This document shows, piece after piece, positions 36,065-45,171 of a stretch of DNA of 49,900 nucleotides. Made by a program: the position numbers and the translations under genes. The notes below the pieces were generated by a model that had not been told where the DNA came from, did not search any database, and worked only from the letters and a program-made list of their open reading frames with translations. The stretch comes from a virus (taxonomy: Duplodnaviria > Caudoviricetes): positions 1 through 49,900 of IMG/VR virus record IMGVR_UViG_3300042360_000665; one strand, given 5' to 3'. Each line of letters begins with the position of its first letter. Positions within the stretch are counted from its first letter, which is position 1.

Positions 36065-36763
36065 GGATTCAGTTGCCAGAAGGACAACTGATCGGGGCAC
36101 CACCGCCGCTTAGACATACGCAGCTGTGATGGCGAGACCAGGGATTAGGTTGCCGCCGGCGATGGGCTCGGGGCCTTTGGCGCAGCCTTTATTCTACCAG
36201 TACAAACGCACTAAGCGGCGAGCAGAGTGGCTGCAGGGCAATGGATCTACGCAAAGCAAAGGCATGCGCTGATGGATCGGCGAGCTGATAAGCAAGGCCA
36301 CCAGATTCAGCACTGAATGCCCAGCTGGCCGCGCAGCCGCGCGAGGAAACCTGGGGCCTTCCCCTTCCCCATCAACGCGGGCGAAGGCCTGGCCACCGCA
36401 GCCGCGGGAGAGCAGCCATGCCCACCAACCCACACCGGCCTCGGAGCGGAGGGCGGCGGCGGCTGGCCGATGCACGCCACGGCGCAGCCGTGGCACGCTG
36501 AAGGACGGCCGCTGACGACCCGAGGCACTGCTGAAACCGCAGTGGATTCGACGATGGTTACCTCAGCCCGCCAATCTCTAGGGTGCTCGGGATTCATCTT
36601 TTAGATCTTGCTTCTACCTCCAGGTCTTTGCAAAGGAATGCACTCGACGAAGGATTGCTGGGTATGCGCAAAGAGAACGCCTTTCGCAGAGCCGCCCATG
36701 CCCCTCCGCCCTACCTCCGCCGGCTCCAAGATGCGCCTTCTAACAGCAAGAGAGAAGGCCAAA

Positions 36764-36787
36764 ACCTTCTCACAGACCTTCTCACAT
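36764..36787 (+). repeat. Integrase arm-type site (left), tandem ACCTTCTCACA(G/T)
   Basis: ACCTTCTCACAGACCTTCTCACAT, identical to 36997-37020; variant GCCTTCTAACAG at about 36735. Confidence 0.75.
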
Positions 36788-36847
36788 CCAAACCTGAAGG
36801 CACATGAGACTCACAGCAGCACAAGCGGTTCAGCCAATCAATCGAGG

Positions 36848-36892
36848 AGCTTCCCAAGCTGAACGTCGCCGGTTCGAGTCCGGTCACCCGCT
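36848..36892 (+). mobile_element. attP: attP core: 3' half of tRNA-Gly(CCC)
   Basis: AGC-TT-CCC-AA-GCTGA anticodon arm, T-arm GCCGG-TTCGAGT-CCGGT, acceptor CACCCGC + U discriminator; no D-arm or 5' acceptor upstream; adjacent to the integrase. Confidence 0.9.
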
Positions 36893-36920
36893 TCTAGTCC
36901 AGGATTGAGAAATCCCCCCA

Positions 36921-36943
36921 AAAGCCAGTCTGGCACTGGCTTT
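36921..36943 (+). terminator. Hairpin after the tRNA fragment (terminator for the restored tRNA, or a protein-binding site)
   Basis: AAAGCCAGT-CTGGC-ACTGGCTTT. Confidence 0.5.
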
Positions 36944-36996
36944 AAGGCTGCCAGCGGCTGACTGCTCCTGACAGGCCGTGCCAGGCTGTAGGGCCG

Positions 36997-37020
36997 ACCT
37001 TCTCACAGACCTTCTCACAT
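36997..37020 (+). repeat. Integrase arm-type site (right), overlapping the int start codon
   Basis: Second exact 24-bp copy; its last two bases are the AT of the int ATG. Confidence 0.75.
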
Positions 37021-38281
37021 GGCTGAGGCAGCCCCCTGGGAGATCGCCATCCGCGTCGAAACCGCTCACGCCTTGTCCCGCAAGGGATGTCCAAGGGGCT
37101 GGGCACTCACAGAGCACCGAGGCTTCGCCAGGCTCAACATCACCGCCAAAGCGGGCGGCGGCAAGCGGCGTCAGATACAACTTCCGATCCCCTGGCACTT
37201 CGACAACGCCAAGAAGATTGGGGCCGCTGTTTGCAAGATCTATGACGACTTCAGCAGCGGAATAGAGCCAGAACAGGCGGCAAAGACAATCACCTATACA
37301 TCAGGAAGCGAATCAGATGCCAGGACTGCTGACACCCAAAAGGCAAATCCTGAGCAACAAACAGACTGGAATGCGCTGATCGAACGGTACCGCGAGTACA
37401 AAATCCGCACTGGCGAGATCAAGGAGTCGACCTGGACCAGGGTGCATCGCCACCACATGAAGCATGTGCTGGATGCCTTCGTCAGTCGTCACCCGCCCCA
37501 AAGCGCCACCCAGCTGCTGGATCGGCTCACCCTGCACTGGGCCGACAAGCCCGGGGGCCGCACCCGGCAGATTCAGATGCAGGCCACCTCGGCCCTGCTC
37601 CGCTGGGCGGTGGCCCAGGGCGAACTCGGAGCAGCCAGGTGGGAGCCGCCAACCGACCTGAGCTCCTTCGTGGGGCGGTCACGCTCCGCGAAAGCAATTA
37701 CCACCCCCATCGAAGTGGGCCACATCCTGGCGTTGGTACGGGCGCTGCCCGACCCGCGTTGGCGACTCGCTTTCCAGCTGATGGCCGCCTATGGATTGCG
37801 CCCCGAGGAGCTTCAGCACCTGCAGCTGCGTGATGGGCGCCTGTGGTGCACCTATGAAAAGGTGGCATCCCGCGGCAAGACCAAGCCTCGAGCCCTGCGG
37901 TTACTGCCCTGTGATGACTGGGCAGCCGACTGGAAGCTCGCCGACCAGTTCTGCGCTGCAGATCTCCCTCCGATGCGTTCCGGCTTTTGCGGCAATGACA
38001 TTAGGCAGTACCTGCACCGGCGCCCTCTCTGGAACCAGCTGCGACAGGAGTACGAAGCCAAAGGCGAGAAGCTCGTGCCCTACTCCTGTCGGCACGGCTA
38101 TGCCCACCGGGCCCACGTGATTTGCGACCTACCACCCAAGGTGGTTGCTGCGGCCATGGGCCACAGCGTCCAAACCCACCTGGCGGCCTACAGCCGCTGG
38201 TGCGGGGATGACGTGGTGGATGATGCCTTTGCCAAGGCCGCAAGCCGCTTTAGCGTCGATGAGTCGAGCTCAGCGGCATAG
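37019..38281 (+). CDS. int: Tyrosine integrase
   Basis: YGLRPEE (R), YSCRHGY (xxRH), MGHS...HLAAY (H, Y); next to attP. Confidence 0.92.
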   Translation: MAEAAPWEIAIRVETAHALSRKGCPRGWALTEHRGFARLNITAKAGGGKRRQIQLPIPWHFDNAKKIGAAVCKIYDDFSSGIEPEQAAKTITYTSGSESDARTADTQKANPEQQTDWNALIERYREYKIRTGEIKESTWTRVHRHHMKHVLDAFVSRHPPQSATQLLDRLTLHWADKPGGRTRQIQMQATSALLRWAVAQGELGAARWEPPTDLSSFVGRSRSAKAITTPIEVGHILALVRALPDPRWRLAFQLMAAYGLRPEELQHLQLRDGRLWCTYEKVASRGKTKPRALRLLPCDDWAADWKLADQFCAADLPPMRSGFCGNDIRQYLHRRPLWNQLRQEYEAKGEKLVPYSCRHGYAHRAHVICDLPPKVVAAAMGHSVQTHLAAYSRWCGDDVVDDAFAKAASRFSVDESSSAA

Positions 38282-38297
38282 CTGCCCCACCCCAGCA

Positions 38298-39017
38298 CTA
38301 GAGACCAAGAGCCTTTTGCCTGAGACGATTATACTCGCTATCGTCAATCAGTCCTTTCTCTCTGAGCCTCTTCAACTCATTGAGCCTCTCTTCGATACTT
38401 AAGGCTGTAGGCACACCCGAATCCGGAGTGGCAAGCTCATCATTGCGGTTGAGCACGGCGCCAAGCAATCTCCTCGATTTATCGCCAACTCTGTACTCGC
38501 GATACTTGTCCCACGTCGTCTTGATGGTAACAGCTGTGGTTTCGCTTGACGAGATAGCCTGCCTTGCTGCCAACGGCAAGTAATATCTGTAGCGACTTTC
38601 ATCGACCATCAATATATCATACTCCTGGCTCCCGACACTAATTCTTATGCGAGAGTCAGGCTTGGGAAACGTGATGGTGTTGCAGCCCCCAGCCAGCGCA
38701 AAGCACGTACTTTCATACGGCTGCAGATCCAGGTAGTATCCGCTCCATCTTGACGTGTAGCCATCATAGAAGTGGCAGGAAATAAAGCAAAGCCTGCCAC
38801 GATAAGCCTGGTCGAAAAGAACTTTGTTGTTGCCATCCGCTGCCCCCGAAGCAAGGACCTTGGAAAAAGGCAGTGCTTTTGCCTTGTAGTCTCTAATATT
38901 CAGGTCAAAGTAGTCGACAACCTCGCCGCTCGTGACCGAAGGGTTGGCAGCCGCCGCGAACGGCAGCATCAGCTGAAAACAGGTCAGCACTACCAGAAAG
39001 GCTCTATTGGTCTTCAT
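38298..39017 (-). CDS. Exported protein with C-terminal SHOCT domain (moron)
   Basis: Signal peptide ending AAA; IEERLNELKRLREKGLIDDSEYNRLRQKAL; lower GC. Confidence 0.75.
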   Translation of the reverse strand: MKTNRAFLVVLTCFQLMLPFAAAANPSVTSGEVVDYFDLNIRDYKAKALPFSKVLASGAADGNNKVLFDQAYRGRLCFISCHFYDGYTSRWSGYYLDLQPYESTCFALAGGCNTITFPKPDSRIRISVGSQEYDILMVDESRYRYYLPLAARQAISSSETTAVTIKTTWDKYREYRVGDKSRRLLGAVLNRNDELATPDSGVPTALSIEERLNELKRLREKGLIDDSEYNRLRQKALGL

Positions 39018-39129
39018 GGACAGGCTCGACTCATTCCATTTCTAGCGCCAAGCCCTGTAGTGGCAGGACTATCGGAACGAAGGGTCCCCCGTGAAAACCC
39101 GTCGGAATCTGTAGAACATGTTGCTGGCC

Positions 39130-39369
39130 CTAAGACTTCAGGTTCCGCCGGCTCCAAGCGGTGATCGTGGCCTCAACGTTCTCCAGATGCCACTGCAGGG
39201 GCCCTCGACCCTGGGTGCAGCCCCAGCGTCGATAGTGCTTGCCGGCTTGTAACACCCCCCGCAGCCGCAGCTGGCGGAGGGTTTCACGGCTCATACCGAG
39301 TGCTTCACAGGCCTCTGCCGTTGTGACCCAGACCCGCTGGCGGGTTGGTGTGGTGATGGCGGTGTCCAT
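39130..39369 (-). CDS. xis: Excisionase-like HTH protein
   Basis: WVTTAEACEALGMSRETLRQLR...GKHYR; 79 aa, close to int. Confidence 0.7.
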   Translation of the reverse strand: MDTAITTPTRQRVWVTTAEACEALGMSRETLRQLRLRGVLQAGKHYRRWGCTQGRGPLQWHLENVEATITAWSRRNLKS

Positions 39370-40169
39370 CAGCCCCCTGCCAGCTGGGCGCGGAAGCGCT
39401 TGAGGGTGTCGATCAGCCAGGAGCGTCGGTAGCTCTTGACCTGACGCGGGGCCCCGTCAACGAACTGCTGGCGAAGTGGCGGCTCCTGGCCAAAGTCTGT
39501 TCGGTAGGCCTCGGCCACCAGCATCCCGGCCGAGCGGTACTTGGCACGCGGCAGGACTTCCTGGAACACTTCCAGCCAGGCATCGCTGAGGGTCAGTTCG
39601 TCGTCGGCGGGGGTGCCGGGCAGCAGTCCTGAACTGGCAGTGAGGACGTTGCTGCGGACGATGTCCTTGAACAGAAGCTGGTCGCGCTGATCCAGTCCGC
39701 CCAGCCGCTCGAACAAGCCAATGCTGCGTTCCACCAGGGCAATCACCTCGGCCTCCCTGAGCCGAGGTGCGGGTGTGTCTGCAGGAGCCGGCTGAGCCTG
39801 CTGGATGCTCTCCAGGAACCAGCCGTCCATCCACACTGCGAACGGTGCGCTGATCCAGCGGGCGAGGTCGACCGCGACCTGGGGATGGACCCAGGTGCCG
39901 CCGCCCTGGCCCTGGCGGGACTCGATCAGGTCAAACATCCGAATTTCGGAGGTTTCAGCCAGGGCATCGAGATAGGTCTGGCAGCGGTCGCTTTCCCGGT
40001 ACTTGGACCATTGCTTGCCGTTGGCCCTGCACATGGCTGTGGCATTGACGTAGCCATCGGTGGTCCGCCGAGAAATCGGCGTGCCGTTCCAGGAACGGGA
40101 GACCAGAGCGGGGTGATCCATCGAGGCGTGAGGACTGACAGGAAAGGAGCCGGTGGTTGTGGTGTTCAT
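39369..40169 (-). CDS. KilA-N domain DNA-binding protein
   Basis: DGYVNATAMCRANGK, GGGTWVHPQVAVDLARWISAPFAVW. Confidence 0.88.
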   Translation of the reverse strand: MNTTTTGSFPVSPHASMDHPALVSRSWNGTPISRRTTDGYVNATAMCRANGKQWSKYRESDRCQTYLDALAETSEIRMFDLIESRQGQGGGTWVHPQVAVDLARWISAPFAVWMDGWFLESIQQAQPAPADTPAPRLREAEVIALVERSIGLFERLGGLDQRDQLLFKDIVRSNVLTASSGLLPGTPADDELTLSDAWLEVFQEVLPRAKYRSAGMLVAEAYRTDFGQEPPLRQQFVDGAPRQVKSYRRSWLIDTLKRFRAQLAGG

Positions 40170-40441
40170 CGGTCTGAAAGCGGTGTGGCTGAACTCCCAC
40201 CGGTGACGGCGGAGCGAAAGGCGGTGTTGGTGCTGACCCCGGGCCGCGGCGGCACCGGCCCGGCGAGCACCAGCAACAGGGTGCTCAGCTGAAAAAGGAG
40301 CCCCAGCAGCACCAACAGGCGCAGCGCGGCGAGGCTGCTGGCCGTGACGGCCACGGTGGTGGGCCGGCGGGTGCGGCAGAAGGCCGGCAGCTGGGGGCGG
40401 CCCCCACCGCCCCGGCTGCTGGTGACGTACGGCGAGCCCAT
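40166..40441 (-). CDS. Small membrane protein
   Basis: Overlap-coupled to both neighbours; one long hydrophobic segment. Confidence 0.5.
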   Translation of the reverse strand: MGSPYVTSSRGGGGRPQLPAFCRTRRPTTVAVTASSLAALRLLVLLGLLFQLSTLLLVLAGPVPPRPGVSTNTAFRSAVTGGSSATPLSDR

Positions 40442-41034
40442 CAGAAGGGGGCCTCGTCGTCGTCATCGACGGCCCATCCGGTCGCGGTTCCGTCATCGGA
40501 GCCACGGCCCGTGGTGTAGCCATCCAGCTCGTCGAACCCATCGGTGGGATCGACCTGCTCGTAGGGCACGAACTCCACCACCTGGACGGCGCGGGGCTGG
40601 AAGGTCATGCCGCAGCCGTTCTCCCCGTCCCAGTCGTAGATGTCGAAGGCGACGATCACCTTGGAGCCGTTGCCGATGGCGGCCCCATCCCAGGATTGCT
40701 TCTTGGCATCGACGATGCGGGGCCCCTCGGACAGAGAGCCGTCGCGCCGCTGGAACTGCGGCACCTTGAAGCGCACCACGGTGATCTCGCTCGGCTTTTC
40801 CTTGTCGGGCTTCCAGGGGAAGCCCTTCTCGGCCCGGCGTTTGCGGCTGCCGTGCAGGGCGATGAATTGATCCTCCATCGCCAGCAGGAAGGACTGGGCC
40901 TTCTCGTCGCTGTTGGGCAGCAGCAGATCGGCGGTCCAGGCCTTGGGTTTGCTCTTGTCGAGCTGGTGCCGGGGGGTGATCAGGTGGGCCCAGCGCACTT
41001 CGGCGAGGGGCGTGCGGAAGATGTCTTTAGCCAT
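40441..41034 (-). CDS. ssb: ssDNA-binding protein, T7 gp2.5/DUF2815-like
   Basis: RTPLAEVRWAHL, IGNGSKV, PRAVQVVEFV, acidic tail DDDDEAPF. Confidence 0.8.
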   Translation of the reverse strand: MAKDIFRTPLAEVRWAHLITPRHQLDKSKPKAWTADLLLPNSDEKAQSFLLAMEDQFIALHGSRKRRAEKGFPWKPDKEKPSEITVVRFKVPQFQRRDGSLSEGPRIVDAKKQSWDGAAIGNGSKVIVAFDIYDWDGENGCGMTFQPRAVQVVEFVPYEQVDPTDGFDELDGYTTGRGSDDGTATGWAVDDDDEAPF

Positions 41035-41263
41035 GGGTTGAATCGGGGTGAACGGTGGAAAGGGGCTGTTGATCGAAGGGAGGGAGGGGCGGCAGACCAA
41101 ACCGCTCACGCAGCAGGTGATGCACCGCTCCACTGGCCGAGAGGTTGTGGCGCTCCATCACCTCGCGGACGCGCAAGTAGACGTCGGTCCGCACCTGGGT
41201 CTGGATGAAGTGGCGACCGGCCTGGGAGCGGGGCTGCTCGCCGTAGCGACGAAGTCCTTTCAT
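41027..41263 (-). CDS. Small ribbon-helix-helix-like protein
   Basis: FIQTQVRTDVYLRVREVMERHNLSASGAVHHLL; ATGA overlap. Confidence 0.55.
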   Translation of the reverse strand: MKGLRRYGEQPRSQAGRHFIQTQVRTDVYLRVREVMERHNLSASGAVHHLLRERFGLPPLPPFDQQPLSTVHPDSTHG

Positions 41264-41985
41264 GGCTCTGCCGGCGCCTCGGCGCCATCGAGGCCTTGTT
41301 GTTCGCACTCCTCAAGGAAGTGATCGATGAAGGCGGCGTGCTGGTGCTGGGTGATGCGATCGCCGATTGAGCGGGCATTGCGCGGCACCTGGAAGTGCTC
41401 GCGGAAGGCCTTGGTCAACTGCTGACGCGCCGCCTGAGGGAGGGCAAGGATCCGCTGGTGGGTGGCCTCGATCTCCTGGGGCGTGAGCGGCTCCAGGGCA
41501 ACATCAAGATCAGCTGCTGGAGCGGACTCCTCATCCGAGTCAGGCGAGGGCTGAGCCGCATCGGCGGCAACAGCCACATCTGCTAGCTCGGCCTGGAGCC
41601 GACCACGAGGCTCGCTAGGCCTAGCCTGACTGGCCAAAGGAATGCCCAGCAGCATGGCCAACATCCATCCGGCGGCCTGCGGCAAGTCGTCGACCTCGTC
41701 GGCCCACTCCTCGCTGGTGACCTCAGCGCCGCCAGCGTGCATCACGGTGACTCGGAGCTTGTTACGGCCGCGGATCTCGACCAGCTGCGCACTGAACGCG
41801 ATGCCGGAGGAGAAAGCTGGCCTGGCTGCATCGACCACGGCAGCCAGATCAAGGGACGGAACGGCCTGCACCTGTTCCTGGAAGGAGGCGAGGGCGGCGG
41901 TGAGCGCACGCTCAGCGCTGCCCTTTTCGCCGAGCAGCTCGAGAGCGTCGGGTGGCACGCCTGCGCGTGCGGGGGATTGCGTCAT
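41260..41985 (-). CDS. ERF-like (diverged) protein with a C-terminal domain shared with the Rad52-like protein
   Basis: LDLAAVVDAARPAF..GIAFSAQ...LRVTVMHAGG.EVTS; C-terminal TKAFREHFQVP..ARSIGDRI. Confidence 0.55.
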   Translation of the reverse strand: MTQSPARAGVPPDALELLGEKGSAERALTAALASFQEQVQAVPSLDLAAVVDAARPAFSSGIAFSAQLVEIRGRNKLRVTVMHAGGAEVTSEEWADEVDDLPQAAGWMLAMLLGIPLASQARPSEPRGRLQAELADVAVAADAAQPSPDSDEESAPAADLDVALEPLTPQEIEATHQRILALPQAARQQLTKAFREHFQVPRNARSIGDRITQHQHAAFIDHFLEECEQQGLDGAEAPAEP

Positions 41986-42115
41986 GGCAACTGAGAGCCG
42001 GGCTTGTGCCCGCTGGCCTGAGCTTAGAGGCTAGCTAACGCTAGGCGCAACCCCTGCCCTCCTCGCATTCGTCCGAGCTGCTCTGGCGCTCCCTTGTTCC
42101 GACGGAGCGGACCGA

Positions 42116-42817
42116 TCAGGCCTCCAGCGCCGTGTGCTCCCAGGTGCTGATCCACTGCTCGGGCAGGAAGTCCTCGCCATCCACCCAGAGCTGGGCCAGC
42201 TCCACGGAGCTGTAGTCGTCGATGGCCAGCACCTCCGAGAAGCGCTTCTGGTGCTCCTTCGGGGCGCCCTTGACCAGCTGCTCCAGGGCCCGGGTGACGT
42301 CGAGCCCCCCTTCTTTGATCACGCGCCGCACCTGCTGACGCCACTTCTGGCAAAGCTCCTCTGCCCGCTTGGAGGTGAGCGTGGGCGCCGGGGCGCTCTG
42401 ATAGGCCCTGGGCACGGGCACGTAGCCGATGTAGCAGCTCCAGAAGTCGATGGCATCCCAGAGCTTGCCGTCATCACCGCGCAGGGGCTCGGCGTCTCTC
42501 AACTGCTCCTTGAGGCGCTGGCTCTTCACCCCCGCGAGCTTGCTGGCCGCGTCATCGAGGCGGCGGTTGATCTCCTCCAGCTGGAAGAAGGCCTTCTGGC
42601 GCAGCTCGCCGGCTTTGCCCTGCTCGATCACCGAGAGGTTTCCGTAGGAGATCACCTCGAACTCGGCCTCAGCGCCCCACTCGCAGGCGGTGTACTGGGT
42701 CCAGCCGTTCCGGCGCCGCCAGTTGAGCAGCATCTTTCCGAACGCTCGGCGCGACTCCTCCTGCCAGTCCAGGACGGCCTGGTAGGAACGCTTGACGGGT
42801 TTTTTCGCTTGTGCCAT
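42116..42817 (-). CDS. XRE-type HTH regulator, repressor candidate
   Basis: FGKMLLNWRRRNGWTQ...ISYGNLSVIEQGK. Confidence 0.7.
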   Translation of the reverse strand: MAQAKKPVKRSYQAVLDWQEESRRAFGKMLLNWRRRNGWTQYTACEWGAEAEFEVISYGNLSVIEQGKAGELRQKAFFQLEEINRRLDDAASKLAGVKSQRLKEQLRDAEPLRGDDGKLWDAIDFWSCYIGYVPVPRAYQSAPAPTLTSKRAEELCQKWRQQVRRVIKEGGLDVTRALEQLVKGAPKEHQKRFSEVLAIDDYSSVELAQLWVDGEDFLPEQWISTWEHTALEA

Positions 42818-42860
42818 AGCCCAATCCTAGGCTCTGCTTGGCACAGCTAGCCAGAGCTTG

Positions 42861-43040
42861 TTACAGCTTGGCAGGCTTGTCCCTGGAGGCATCGGGCTCT
42901 GCCAGCAGCAGCTTCACCTGCTGGCCGCTGAGGATGCGCCCGGTCTGGGCCTGGAACTGCAGGGCCAGTGTGTAGGGATGGAGGCCTGGATGGCGGCGAG
43001 CCAGGGCCTGCAGCTGCCGCCGCAGTTCTGGCCGGTTCAT
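42861..43040 (-). CDS. 59-aa hypothetical protein (not in the supplied ORF track)
   Basis: MNRPELRRQLQALARRHPGLHPYTLALQFQAQTGRILSGQQVKLLL...; GGAGG RBS; ATGA overlap with the VRR-NUC stop. Confidence 0.6.
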   Translation of the reverse strand: MNRPELRRQLQALARRHPGLHPYTLALQFQAQTGRILSGQQVKLLLAEPDASRDKPAKL

Positions 43041-43417
43041 GCCTCCTCCCTGTCTTCTGCAACCAGGCCCAGGACCGCCTGGGCCTGCTGAATGGAGCGG
43101 CAGACGGCTGCCACGCCACCGAGCTCCTGCACCAAGCGCAAAAACGCCTGCTGTTCAGGGCTGGCCACACCTTGAGGGGCTTTGATTTCCAGGGCGACGA
43201 ACTGGGCGAGCCTCTTGCCGACCAGCTCCGGGGTGATCTCAAGGGAGCGCAGACCGATCAGGTCGCTGCTGCCCTTGCACAGCCCAAAGCGCACGAAGCG
43301 CCCCTGCTGGTCGACCAGGGCGCCGGTGTTGTTGCGCCAGAGCCGCACCGCTCCGCGGCCGCAGGCCAGACGGATGCGCTGCTGGATCTCGTGTTCGCTG
43401 GGGGAGGAGGAGACCAT
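43037..43417 (-). CDS. VRR-NUC nuclease
   Basis: SEHEIQQRI, LWRNNTG, GSSDLIG, FVALEIK...SPEQQAFL...GG. Confidence 0.88.
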   Translation of the reverse strand: MVSSSPSEHEIQQRIRLACGRGAVRLWRNNTGALVDQQGRFVRFGLCKGSSDLIGLRSLEITPELVGKRLAQFVALEIKAPQGVASPEQQAFLRLVQELGGVAAVCRSIQQAQAVLGLVAEDREEA

Positions 43418-43438
43418 GCTTCCTCTTGCCGGGCTGGC

Positions 43439-44851
43439 TCATCGCTGCTGCCGTGCCGCCCAGACGTGCCTGGCCCAGCCCGGCTTGTAGCCCCGCTCCT
43501 GCTCCCGCTCCAGCAGCTCTTCAAAGGTGCGGCAGCCCGCTGCCGGGTGCGTGCGCCGCGGCCGTTGCTGCTGCTTGGGCTTGGGCCGGTGCCGGGCTGC
43601 CCCCGTGACTTCCACCAGTTCACCCTCAACATGCTGCAGCCCTCGTCGCTGTTCATCGCGCTCGTCGGTCAGGAACAGATGGCCGCAGTCGGGGCAGAGC
43701 TGGGCTGCGCTGGGGCAGCTGCAGAAGCAGGACGGGCAGTCCTTGATCGGGATCGAGACGCCCTCACGCCGGCGTCGCCCGGCCAGGTTCCACTCGCGCT
43801 CATCGGTGGGCAGGCCATGGCGATGGGCATTGCCGACGTGATCGAGGATCACCGCCTCCTGTTTCCCTGGTGCGGGCCGCAGGGCCCGGCCGACCATCTG
43901 CAGGTAGAGGGGCAGGCTGGCGGTTGGGCGCATGAGGATCGCCCCGCCCACCGAGGGGATGTCGGTGCCCTCGGAAATGATCATGCAGCTGCTGAGCACC
44001 TCCACCTCGCCGGTGCCCAGCCCGGCGATCAGGCGCTTTCGCTCCTCCGCTGGGGTGCCGCCGCTTACTGACGCGGCCCGAATTCCCGCACTGCGGAAGG
44101 CCGCGACCATCTGCTCGGCATGCTCGATCGTGCAGCAAAAGCAGATCGCCGTGCCCGGGTGCAGCCGGCGGCGGTAGTGGGAGACGGCATCACCGATGGC
44201 GGCCCGGTCCCCGAAGGCCTGGGCTGCCTGTTCCAGATCGAAGTCGCCCATGCGACGGCGGAGCTTGCTGTTCCGGGCGCCTGGCCAGGAAAAGACCCGT
44301 GGCTTGGCCAGCCAGCCCTGCTCCACCAGCCAGGCCGCTGAAGGCCCCAGCACCAGGGCCTCGAAATAGCCGCCGGCCTCCACGCCCAGCCCCTTGCCGT
44401 CGAGACGTTCCGGGGTGGCGGTCTTGCCGATCAGGTGGGCCTCCGGCCAGGCGTTGATGACGCGGCCCCAGACGTTGCCGGCCACCAGGTGATGGGCCTC
44501 GTCCTGAATGATCAGATCCGGCGCCGCCAGCCGTTCGAGTCGCCGGACCACGGTCTGCACGGACCCCACTGCCACCTGGCGGCCCTGCAGCCGGTGGCCA
44601 GGGGCGATCACGTCGGGCTCCAGCCCCCAGGCCCGCACCGTGCCGGTGAGCTGGTCGATCAGCTCGGCCCGGTGGGCGAGCACCAGCACCCTCCGGCCCT
44701 TGCCGGCTGCCCCTTGAACGATGGCGCCGATGGTCTGGCCCTTGCCCGCACCGGTGGGCATGACGGCGCAAACCCGGCGGTGGACCTTGAGGGCGGCCCG
44801 GAGGTCAGCCAGCAGCTGCTGCTGGTAGTCGCGCAGGACGATCGGGGCCAT
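43439..44851 (-). CDS. Superfamily 2 DEAH helicase with C-terminal Zn ribbon
   Basis: LRDYQ, MPTGAGK, DEAHH, TATPER, SEGTDIP, QMVGRALR, CPSC..CPDC. Confidence 0.92.
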   Translation of the reverse strand: MAPIVLRDYQQQLLADLRAALKVHRRVCAVMPTGAGKGQTIGAIVQGAAGKGRRVLVLAHRAELIDQLTGTVRAWGLEPDVIAPGHRLQGRQVAVGSVQTVVRRLERLAAPDLIIQDEAHHLVAGNVWGRVINAWPEAHLIGKTATPERLDGKGLGVEAGGYFEALVLGPSAAWLVEQGWLAKPRVFSWPGARNSKLRRRMGDFDLEQAAQAFGDRAAIGDAVSHYRRRLHPGTAICFCCTIEHAEQMVAAFRSAGIRAASVSGGTPAEERKRLIAGLGTGEVEVLSSCMIISEGTDIPSVGGAILMRPTASLPLYLQMVGRALRPAPGKQEAVILDHVGNAHRHGLPTDEREWNLAGRRRREGVSIPIKDCPSCFCSCPSAAQLCPDCGHLFLTDERDEQRRGLQHVEGELVEVTGAARHRPKPKQQQRPRRTHPAAGCRTFEELLEREQERGYKPGWARHVWAARQQR

Positions 44852-44957
44852 CAGGATCACAGGCGATCAGGACAGGAGCTAGCCGCTGGCCTTCCTTAGC
44901 TCAGCCTAGCGAGAGCTGGCCCACGGTATTAGGCTGTAGTTCACGAGCAGAGTTCCC

Positions 44958-45161
44958 ATGTCCGACTACGCCCTGCCGGTGAGTGTCTCGATCACCCAGG
45001 AGCAGCTGGCCTGGCTGGACGCCCGCCGTCGCCATGGCTCCCTGAGCCGCTCAGCCGCCCTGCGCCAGGTGCTCGACGCGGTGATTCACCATGAGGCTCT
45101 GGTACCTGCACCTGATCGCGGCTCTACGGGCAACCAGGCGCCTGCCAGCCAGGGATGGTGA
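44958..45161 (+). CDS. CopG/RHH-type regulator
   Basis: VSVSITQEQLAWLDARR..GSLSRSAALRQVL; first gene of the divergent rightward operon. Confidence 0.7.
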   Translation: MSDYALPVSVSITQEQLAWLDARRRHGSLSRSAALRQVLDAVIHHEALVPAPDRGSTGNQAPASQGW

Positions 45162-45171
45162 GTGACACCCC

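Noticed and set aside
36848-36892. Functional tRNA-Gly gene
   Set aside because: The 5' acceptor strand and D-arm are missing; it is the att core
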